A stretch of DNA of 43,623 nucleotides from Terriglobales bacterium. Lineage in GTDB: Bacteria; Acidobacteriota; Terriglobia; Terriglobales; Acidobacteriaceae. Location of the stretch: the NCBI GenBank assembly GCA_035624475.1, contig DASPRL010000121.1, forward strand, positions 1-43,623. The letters are read 5' to 3'. Every line of letters starts with the position of its first letter. Position 1 is the first letter of the stretch. Below, piece by piece: positions 1-6,631 of the stretch. Both the position numbers and the translations under genes were made by a program. Under the pieces are notes generated by a model, which saw nothing but the letters and a program-made list of their open reading frames with translations, made no database searches and was not told the origin of the DNA.

Positions 1-1
1 C

Positions 2-742
2 GGCTTCGACTACGCCACCGGCGATGCCGCCTGCTTCGTGGCCTGCGACCTGCAGGACCCGCCTGACGCCCTCCCGCGCATGCTGGCGGCGCTGCAGCCC
101 CCGGTGGAGATCGTGTGGGCGGTGCGCAACACCCGCCAGGACCCGCTGGGCTCGCGCCTCTCCTCGCGCCTGTTCTACGGGCTGGCGCGGCTGCTGGTCA
201 GCCGCAACCTGGCGCCCTCCGGCTCCAGCATGTTCCTGCTGGGCCCGCAGGCGCTGAACATCGTGCGCCGGCACCATGAGCGCAACCTGATGCTCGACGG
301 CGTGCTCTCCACCATGGCGGTCGTCCAGGCGCAGGTGCCTTACGAGCGCCAGGCCCGCCAGGCGGGCCGCAGCAAGTGGACCCTGGGCAAGAAACTCAAG
401 ACCTTCGCCGACTTCTTCGTGGGCTACTCCTACGCGCCCCTGCGCTTCATGTCGTACCTGGGCATGCTGGTGGCGGTGCTGGGCTTCCTCTATGCGCTGG
501 TGGTGCTGGTCGACCGGCTCTTCTTCGCCCAACTGGTGCAGGGCTGGACCTCGCTCATGCTGGTGGTGCTGATCCTGGGGGGCCTGAACATGATGATGCT
601 GGGCATCATCGGCGAGTACCTGTGGCGGACGCTGGACGAGGCCCGCGGCCGTCCCCGCTACGTCCTGGAGACCACGCTGAACGTCGCTTCCCCGGCGCCG
701 GCGGCGCAGGCTTCGGGCCCGGCGGGAGGAGCGCGGCCATGA
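2..742 (+). CDS. Family-2 glycosyltransferase of the polyprenol-phosphate sugar transferase type (ArnC/GtrB/DPM1-like), 5' end cut by window edge
   Basis: The frame is open from nt 2 (GFDYATGDAACFVACDLQDPPDAL) to TGA 740-742. The C-terminal part has two hydrophobic helices (LGMLVAVLGFLYALVVLV and LMLVVLILGGLNMMMLGIIGEY), as in ArnC/GtrB-type GT2 enzymes. Third codon positions are GC-rich. Confidence 0.8.
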   Translation, partial: GFDYATGDAACFVACDLQDPPDALPRMLAALQPPVEIVWAVRNTRQDPLGSRLSSRLFYGLARLLVSRNLAPSGSSMFLLGPQALNIVRRHHERNLMLDGVLSTMAVVQAQVPYERQARQAGRSKWTLGKKLKTFADFFVGYSYAPLRFMSYLGMLVAVLGFLYALVVLVDRLFFAQLVQGWTSLMLVVLILGGLNMMMLGIIGEYLWRTLDEARGRPRYVLETTLNVASPAPAAQASGPAGGARP

Positions 743-1710
743 AGCTGGAGGGCAGCCGCATCCTCATCACCGGGGGCGCCGGCCTGGTGGGCTCGCACAT
801 CGCCGACCAGGTGGCTGGGCGCGCCCGCGAAGTCATCGTGCTCGACAACTTCGTGCGCGGCCGCCGCGAGAACCTGCTCCCGGCCCTGGCCTCGGGGAAG
901 GTGCGCATCGTCGAGGGCGACATCCGCGACCGCAAGCGGCTGGCCGAAGTCATGGCTGGCGTGGATGTCCTCTTCCACCAGGCCGCCATCCGCATCACCC
1001 AGTGCGCCGCCGAGCCCCGCCTCGCCCTGGAGGTGATGGCCGACGGCACCTACAACGTGCTGGAGGCCGCCGTCGCCGCCCAGGTCAAGCGCGTGGTGGC
1101 GGCTTCTTCGGCCTCGGTCTACGGCCTGGCCGAGCAATTCCCCACCCCCGAGCGCCATCATCCCTACAACGACAGCACCCTCTACGGCGCCACCAAGAGC
1201 TTCAACGAAGGCCTGCTGCGCGCCTTCCACGAGATGTACGGCCTCGACTACGTGGCCCTGCGCTACTTCAACGTCTATGGGCCGCGCATGGACCTCCACG
1301 GGGTCTACACCGAGGTGCTGATCCGCTGGATGGAGCGCATCGCCGCCGGCCAGCCCCCGCTGATCTTCGGCGACGGCCGCCAGACCATGGACTTCATCTA
1401 CATCGAGGACGTCGCCCGGGCCAACCTGCTGGCCGCGGAATCGGCCGTCGACGGGGAGGTGTTCAACGTGGCCAGCGGCGTGGAGACCAGCCTGCAGGAG
1501 CTGGCCGCCACCCTGCTGCGGGTGATGGGCTCCTCGCTCCAGGTGGAATACGCGGCCGAGCGCAAGGTCAGCCCCGTGGCCCGCCGCCTGGCCGACACCC
1601 GCGCCGCGCGCGAGCGCCTCGGCTTCGCCGCTCAGGTCCCCCTGGAAGAGGGCCTGCGGCGGCTGGTAGCGTGGTATCAGGAAGAACGCCGTGCCGAAAA
1701 AAAAGACTAG
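739..1710 (+). CDS. NAD-dependent epimerase/dehydratase (extended SDR, nucleotide-sugar modifying)
   Basis: ATG 739 overlaps the upstream stop (ATGA). It has an N-terminal Rossmann motif (ILITGGAGLVGSH) and a YxxxK catalytic motif (YGATK). The 376 start in the ORF track is an Arg/Gly/Pro-rich upstream extension and was rejected. Confidence 0.9.
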   Translation: MKLEGSRILITGGAGLVGSHIADQVAGRAREVIVLDNFVRGRRENLLPALASGKVRIVEGDIRDRKRLAEVMAGVDVLFHQAAIRITQCAAEPRLALEVMADGTYNVLEAAVAAQVKRVVAASSASVYGLAEQFPTPERHHPYNDSTLYGATKSFNEGLLRAFHEMYGLDYVALRYFNVYGPRMDLHGVYTEVLIRWMERIAAGQPPLIFGDGRQTMDFIYIEDVARANLLAAESAVDGEVFNVASGVETSLQELAATLLRVMGSSLQVEYAAERKVSPVARRLADTRAARERLGFAAQVPLEEGLRRLVAWYQEERRAEKKD

Positions 1711-2917
1711 AACGTCCTCGCCTGAAGCTCCGGCGCTGCTGCCGGTGGCCCGCCCCCTGACCGGGGAGCGCGAGGCCCGCGCCGTCCGCCGCCCCCTGCT
1801 CTCCGGGTGGCTGACGCAGGGGCCGGAGGTGGCCGCCTTCGAGCGCGAGTTCGCCGCCTACGTGGGCGCGCCCCACGCCTGCGCCGTCGCCAGTTGCACC
1901 GTCGCGCTGCACCTGGCGCTGAAAGCGGTGGGGGTGGGCCCGGGCGGTGAGGTCATCACCGCCAGCCACTCCTTCATCGCCACCGCCAACGCCGTCCGCT
2001 ACTGCGGCGCGCTGCCCGTCTTCGTGGACATCCAGCCGGAGACTTACAACCTCGATCCCAAGCTGATCGAGCGCGTCATCACCCCCCGCACCCGCGCCAT
2101 CCTGTGCGTGCACCAGATCGGCATGCCCTGCGACCTGGCCGCTATCCTGGAGATCGCCGGCCGCCACCGGCTGCCGGTGGTCGAGGACGCCGCCTGCGCC
2201 GCCGGCAGCGAGATCCGCTGGCAGGGAAAGTGGGAGAAGATCGGCCGCCCCCGCGGCGACATCGCCTGCTTCTCCTTCCACCCGCGCAAGCTCCTCACCA
2301 CCGGGGACGGGGGCATGCTGACCACCCGCAACCCGGAGTTCGACCGCCGCTTCCGGCTGTGGCGGCAGCACGGCATGAGCGTCCCCGACACCGTCCGCCA
2401 CGGCGCCCGCCAGGTCATCTTCGAGGACTACGCCGAGCTGGGCTACAACTACCGCATGACCGACATCCAGGCGGCGGTGGGGCGCGAGCAGCTCCAGCGG
2501 CTGCCCGCCATCCTGGCCCGCCGGCGCAAGCTGGCCGCCGCCTACCGCCGGCGGCTGGCCTCCATCCCCGGCCTGGGGCTGCCGGCGCAGCCTGCCTGGG
2601 CCCGCAGCAACTGGCAGAGCTACTGCGTCCGCCTGCCCGCAGGCCGCGAGCAGCGCCAGGTCATGCAGGCCATGCTGGAGGAGGGCATCTCCACCCGCCG
2701 CGCCGTCATGTGTGCCCACCGCGAGCCCGCCTACCGCACCGAACCCTGGTCCTGCGGCCTGTCCCGGGAGCAGTGCGGCTGCCCCCCCGGCTCCTGCCGC
2801 CGCCTGGCGGAGAGCGAACGCGCCCAGGACCAAGCCATCGTCCTGCCGCTCTTCCACCAGATGGGCCTGCGGGAGGTGGAGCGGGTGGTCGCGGCTTTGC
2901 TCCGAGCCTGCCGCTGA
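1691..2917 (+). CDS. DegT/DnrJ/EryC1/StrS-family PLP-dependent sugar aminotransferase
   Basis: Family hallmarks are present: VARPLTGEREARAV..SGWLTQGPEVAAFEREFAAYVGA, CFSFHPRKLLTTGDGGM (PLP-lysine context) and GYNYRMTDIQAAVG. GTG 1691 overlaps the epimerase 3' end by 20 nt. The exact start is uncertain because there is no in-frame ATG. Confidence 0.88.
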   Translation: MPKKKTRTSSPEAPALLPVARPLTGEREARAVRRPLLSGWLTQGPEVAAFEREFAAYVGAPHACAVASCTVALHLALKAVGVGPGGEVITASHSFIATANAVRYCGALPVFVDIQPETYNLDPKLIERVITPRTRAILCVHQIGMPCDLAAILEIAGRHRLPVVEDAACAAGSEIRWQGKWEKIGRPRGDIACFSFHPRKLLTTGDGGMLTTRNPEFDRRFRLWRQHGMSVPDTVRHGARQVIFEDYAELGYNYRMTDIQAAVGREQLQRLPAILARRRKLAAAYRRRLASIPGLGLPAQPAWARSNWQSYCVRLPAGREQRQVMQAMLEEGISTRRAVMCAHREPAYRTEPWSCGLSREQCGCPPGSCRRLAESERAQDQAIVLPLFHQMGLREVERVVAALLRACR

Positions 2918-3156
2918 CGGTCCTCCCTGGGGGAGCTTGTTGCCTACCCGGTAACGATGCTGTTGGTCCGCCCTCGGCCTTCGGGCCGTGTCCAAAAGGA
3001 ACCGAAGTCGCCAAGTCTTGAACCCTTTGCATCAACACCACAATGGGTTGTGGTCTTGTACCGCTCCCAGTACAGAATATTGACGTAAGAGCCCCAAAAC
3101 CGACGCCCATTTCCGCCTAAACCCCCCAAAAACCGGAAGAAAGACCTAAGACCTGC

Positions 3157-3187
3157 TTGACACTCGAAGGAGTAACCTTGGTATAAC
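3157..3187 (+). promoter_or_regulatory. Candidate sigma70-type promoter with extended -10 for the HTH-pilMNOPQ operon
   Basis: TTGACA sits at 3157-3162, and TGgTATAAC (extended -10: TG 3179-3180, hexamer 3182-3187) follows. The 19-nt spacer is long, but extended -10 promoters tolerate a weak or misplaced -35. It lies in a low-GC intergenic stretch about 120 nt upstream of ATG 3306. Confidence 0.35.
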
Positions 3188-3305
3188 TCGCATCTAGAAA
3201 GTTCGCCCCCCGAGAAAGCGGAGGATTCTCTACTCCGCCCACTGAAAAAGGCCATCTCCCGCCCGTGGAGCGGGGAGTTATATCTGTGGAAAGGGCTGCG
3301 CTTCT

Positions 3306-3539
3306 ATGGCCGAGTCGCGTGAGGTGATGAACATCCGCCAGGCTTCGCAGTACCTGGGGGTGAGTCCGGACACGCTCTACAAGTACGTATACGAGGAGAA
3401 GATCCCGGCCTTCAAACTGGGCAACCGCTGGAAGTTCAAGAAGACCATCCTGGACTCCTGGATGGAGCGCAAGAGCACCCTGGGCGAAGGACGGGGCAAA
3501 AAGAAACCCAAAGCGGCGCGCGCAATGGCGACGCACTGA
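3306..3539 (+). CDS. Small helix-turn-helix DNA-binding protein (excisionase/MerR-superfamily HTH_17-like)
   Basis: IRQASQYLGVSPDTLYKYVYEEKIPAFKLGNRWKFKKTILDSWM matches the excisionase-family HTH pattern (LGVS..T.Y......IPA.K.G..W.F....ID.W). It has a basic C-terminal tail and ends 9 nt before pilM. Alternative start at ATG 3327. Confidence 0.75.
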   Translation: MAESREVMNIRQASQYLGVSPDTLYKYVYEEKIPAFKLGNRWKFKKTILDSWMERKSTLGEGRGKKKPKAARAMATH

Positions 3540-3548
3540 GGCGCAAAC

Positions 3549-4604
3549 ATGGGCTTGTTTGGTGGTGGAAAAACGATCGTCGGCCTGGACATCGGCTCCA
3601 GCAGCATCAAGGCCGTCGAGCTGAAGAAGGCGAAGGGCGGGATCGAGGTGGCGCACCTGGGCATCGAGCCTCTGGCCAGCGACATCGTGGTCGACTCCAT
3701 GATCGTCGACAGCGGCAGCGTCTCCAGCGCCATTACCAAGATCTTCAATGAGAACAACATCAAGGCCAAGCAAGTGGCCACCTCGGTCAGCGGCCACTCC
3801 GTGATCGTCAAGAAGATCCCGGTGGCCACCATGAGCGAGGCCGAACTGGCCGAGAGCATCAACACCGAGGCCGCCCAGCACATCCCCTTCGACGTCAACG
3901 ACGTCAACATCGACTACCAGATCCTTTCCGAGGACCTGAGCGGCCCCCAGATGGACGTGCTGCTGGTGGCGGTGAAGAAGGACAAGATCCTCAACTACAC
4001 CAACGTCCTGTCGCTGGCCGGGAAGGCCCCGGCGGTGGTGGACATCGACGCCTTCGCCCTGCAGAACTGCTACGAGTACAACTACGAGCCCGCTCCCGGC
4101 TCCACCGCCGCCCTGCTCAACCTGGGCGCCAGCGTGATGAACATCAACATCGTCAAGGGCTCCACTCCCTTGTTCACCCGCGACGTCAGCGTGGGCGGCA
4201 ACCAGTACACCGACTCGCTGCAGAAGGAACTCGACCTCAGCTTCGACGATGCCGAGGCCCTCAAGCTGGGCAAGAAGGTGGGCACGGTCAGCGAAGACGC
4301 CAAGATGCCCATCCTGCAGCAGGTGACCGAGATCATCGTGTTGGAGATCCAGAAGACCTTCGATTTCTTCCGGGCCACCGCCAGCGGCGAGCACATCGAA
4401 CGCATCTACCTGGCGGGCGGCTCCTCCAAGGTTCCGGGGCTGACGGAAGCGCTGCGGCAGGAATTTTCCCTGCCGGTGGAGCTGTTGAATCCCTTCCAGC
4501 GCATCAGCTACGCCCCTAACCTGCCGTCGGCGGAACTCATCGAGGAAAACGCGGGACAACTCGCGGTGGCTGTGGGATTAGCCCTTAGGAGCTTTGAAGA
4601 ATGA
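3549..4604 (+). CDS. pilM: Type IV pilus assembly ATPase-fold protein PilM
   Basis: The actin-like fold N-terminus (IVGLDIGSSSIKAVELK) and overall PilM-like sequence fit the family. It is followed by pilN with an ATGA overlap. Confidence 0.95.
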   Translation: MGLFGGGKTIVGLDIGSSSIKAVELKKAKGGIEVAHLGIEPLASDIVVDSMIVDSGSVSSAITKIFNENNIKAKQVATSVSGHSVIVKKIPVATMSEAELAESINTEAAQHIPFDVNDVNIDYQILSEDLSGPQMDVLLVAVKKDKILNYTNVLSLAGKAPAVVDIDAFALQNCYEYNYEPAPGSTAALLNLGASVMNINIVKGSTPLFTRDVSVGGNQYTDSLQKELDLSFDDAEALKLGKKVGTVSEDAKMPILQQVTEIIVLEIQKTFDFFRATASGEHIERIYLAGGSSKVPGLTEALRQEFSLPVELLNPFQRISYAPNLPSAELIEENAGQLAVAVGLALRSFEE

Positions 4605-5251
4605 TCCGCATCAACCTTTTGGGCGTCACCAAACCGAAGAAGGGCAAGCGCGCTCCCGCGATGGCCATGGAGGGAGCGGAGGGCGGCCGCGGCGGCCTGT
4701 TCGTGGGGCTGATCCTGCTGGGCCTGTTCGCCGCCGGCAACTACTACTACTACCACCGTCTGGACTCGCAGACCACCGCGCTCAACCAGCAGTTGGCCCA
4801 CGAGCGGGCCGAGGGCCAGCGGCTGGCCGACGTCAAGGCCAAGTGGGAGGAGAAAGAGGCCCAGTACGAGAACGCCCAGCGCCGGGTCTGCATCATCAAC
4901 GACCTCAAGTCGGCACAGACCGGGCCCGTCACCCTGCTCACCCAGGTGGCGGACACGGTCAACATGACCGACGGCGTGTGGCTGCGCTCCATGCAGGACC
5001 AGGGCGGCGCCATCGAGCTCAAGGGCAACGGGCTGAGCGTGCACGCCATCGCCAACTTCATGGCCGACCTGCAGAAGTCCGGGGCCTTTACCCGGGTCGA
5101 GATCAAAGAGGCCTTCCAGGACGAGAGCGTGAAGGACATGCAGGTCTTCGTCTTCACCCTGGACTGCGACAAGGCCCCACCGGCCCCGCAGCCGGGACAG
5201 CAGGGACAGCAGCAACAGGCCGAATGCGCCAAGCTGCTGCAGAAATCTTAA
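4601..5251 (+). CDS. pilN: Type IV pilus assembly protein PilN
   Basis: It starts MIRINLL, typical of PilN, and has a single TM helix (LFVGLILLGLFAAGNYYYY). It lies between pilM and pilO and its start overlaps the pilM stop. Confidence 0.85.
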   Translation: MIRINLLGVTKPKKGKRAPAMAMEGAEGGRGGLFVGLILLGLFAAGNYYYYHRLDSQTTALNQQLAHERAEGQRLADVKAKWEEKEAQYENAQRRVCIINDLKSAQTGPVTLLTQVADTVNMTDGVWLRSMQDQGGAIELKGNGLSVHAIANFMADLQKSGAFTRVEIKEAFQDESVKDMQVFVFTLDCDKAPPAPQPGQQGQQQQAECAKLLQKS

Positions 5252-5267
5252 GGTTGGGACGGTCACT

Positions 5268-5903
5268 ATGAAAATGTCAGCCGGAGCGCAGATTGGGATC
5301 TTCCTCCTGATCGCCGTGCTTGGGACGGGGGCCTGGTACTGGTTCCTGGATCGGCCGGTCATGGACATCAACGCCAAGCTGCAGAGCGACATCGCCGCCA
5401 AGCAGGCGGAGAACGCCCAGCTCCGGCAGTACGAGCCCAAGCTGGCGCAGCTCACTCAGTTGATCGCTGGCCTGCAGCAGCAACTGGAGATCGAGAAGAA
5501 GATCGTTCCTGACACCAAGGACGCCGACCAGTTCATGCACCTCATCCAGGACAACGCCTCCGGAGCCGGCATCGACGTGCGCGGCCTGGAAGCGCAGACG
5601 GTCAACGACAAGGGCTTCTACAGCGAGGTCCCCTTCAACCTGCAGATCGACGGCAGCTTCTACGGGGTGCTGAGCTTCCTGGAGGCCATGTCCAAGTCGG
5701 AACGCATCGTCAACATCTCCAACCTGCAGATGGCCTCCGTCAAGACGCCGGTGGACGCCAAGGCCAAGCGGAGCGGCTACGAGTACGGACCCAACGAGAG
5801 CGTGATCGCGACCTGCGTCGCCACCACCTTCTACAGTCACGAGGCTGCGCCCGCCCCCAAGGGCGGCAAGCCCGGGGCGGGCGGGGCAGGGGTGCGCAGG
5901 TAA
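5268..5903 (+). CDS. pilO: Type IV pilus assembly protein PilO
   Basis: It has an N-terminal TM helix (IGIFLLIAVLGTGAWYWF), a coiled-coil segment and a ferredoxin-like C-terminal region (FYSEVPFNLQIDGSFYGVLSFLEAM). Its operon position fits. Confidence 0.85.
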   Translation: MKMSAGAQIGIFLLIAVLGTGAWYWFLDRPVMDINAKLQSDIAAKQAENAQLRQYEPKLAQLTQLIAGLQQQLEIEKKIVPDTKDADQFMHLIQDNASGAGIDVRGLEAQTVNDKGFYSEVPFNLQIDGSFYGVLSFLEAMSKSERIVNISNLQMASVKTPVDAKAKRSGYEYGPNESVIATCVATTFYSHEAAPAPKGGKPGAGGAGVRR

Positions 5904-5924
5904 GGCAGCTAGGGGAACCAACTT

Positions 5925-6485
5925 ATGAAGACGCTGAAAATCCTTGTGGTGCTTCTGGTGGCGGGGAGCGTAGCCCTGGCCGAGCCTTCCCCCAAGCAGA
6001 AGACGGGCAGCAAGACGGCCAAGCCGGCCGCCCCGGCGCCTGCGGCCAAGACCCCGTCGCCCAAGCCGGCCCAGCATGCGCGGACCAGTCCCATGGTTCC
6101 CAAGCATCACGCCGCCAAGCCCGCGCCTGCGGCCGAGACCGCGCACGTGGCGCCGCCGGCGGGGCGCGGCAAGCGCGATCCCTTCGTCAGCCCGGTGATC
6201 GCCCGCGGGCCCGGACCCGGACCCTGCGCCGGCGGCAAGCGCTGCCTGGCCATCGACCAGTTGGAGGTCCACGGGGTGGTGAAAGGGCCGCGGGGCTGGA
6301 TCGCCATCGTCGAGAACCCCGCCAAGAAGACCTACTTCCTGAACGACAACGACGAGCTGTATGACGGCTCGGTGGTCAAGATCACGGGGGACTCGGTCAT
6401 CTTCAAGCAGAACGTGCTGGACGCGATGGGGCATACCTCCACGCGCCAGATCGAGAAGAAGCTCGTGCCCGGACCCGCGGCGTAG
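5925..6485 (+). CDS. pilP: PilP-like pilus assembly protein (secreted, apparently not lipidated)
   Basis: It has a signal peptide (MKTLKILVVLLVAGSVALA) without a lipobox Cys, a Pro/Ala/Lys-rich linker, an RDPF motif and a C-terminal beta domain (LEVHGVVKGPRGWIAIVENP..YFLNDNDELYDGSVVKITGDSVIF). It lies between pilO and pilQ. Confidence 0.7.
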   Translation: MKTLKILVVLLVAGSVALAEPSPKQKTGSKTAKPAAPAPAAKTPSPKPAQHARTSPMVPKHHAAKPAPAAETAHVAPPAGRGKRDPFVSPVIARGPGPGPCAGGKRCLAIDQLEVHGVVKGPRGWIAIVENPAKKTYFLNDNDELYDGSVVKITGDSVIFKQNVLDAMGHTSTRQIEKKLVPGPAA

Positions 6486-6631
6486 CCGCTGGCGAGGGCA
6501 GCAAGGTCGTCTGGGACCGTGGGCCGAACCTGGGATGCAGTTTCGCCGCGAGGCGAGGGGCTAATTCATCGGCGGGATGGAACCCGCCGCGCACGCACCG
6601 GACAGAGTGCCGAGGCGTGAGGAGAGATCAG

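Noticed and set aside
2971-2984. CGGCC-TTCG-GGCCG hairpin after the aminotransferase gene as a terminator
   Set aside because: The stem is only 5 bp and there is no downstream U-tract, which is insufficient to call.
3306-3539. Excisionase-family HTH as a marker of a prophage or integrative element
   Set aside because: There is no integrase, no phage or conjugation genes, no flanking direct repeats and no tRNA target nearby. The gene is embedded in the pil operon.
3117-4559. 480-aa minus-strand ORF antisense to pilM (and the 2944-3255 and 3377-3910 minus ORFs)
   Set aside because: The translation is low-complexity and rich in Arg, Gly, Asp, Val and His, as expected for the antisense frame of a high-GC gene. 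The plus strand encodes an unmistakable PilM. There is no RBS and no recognisable domain.
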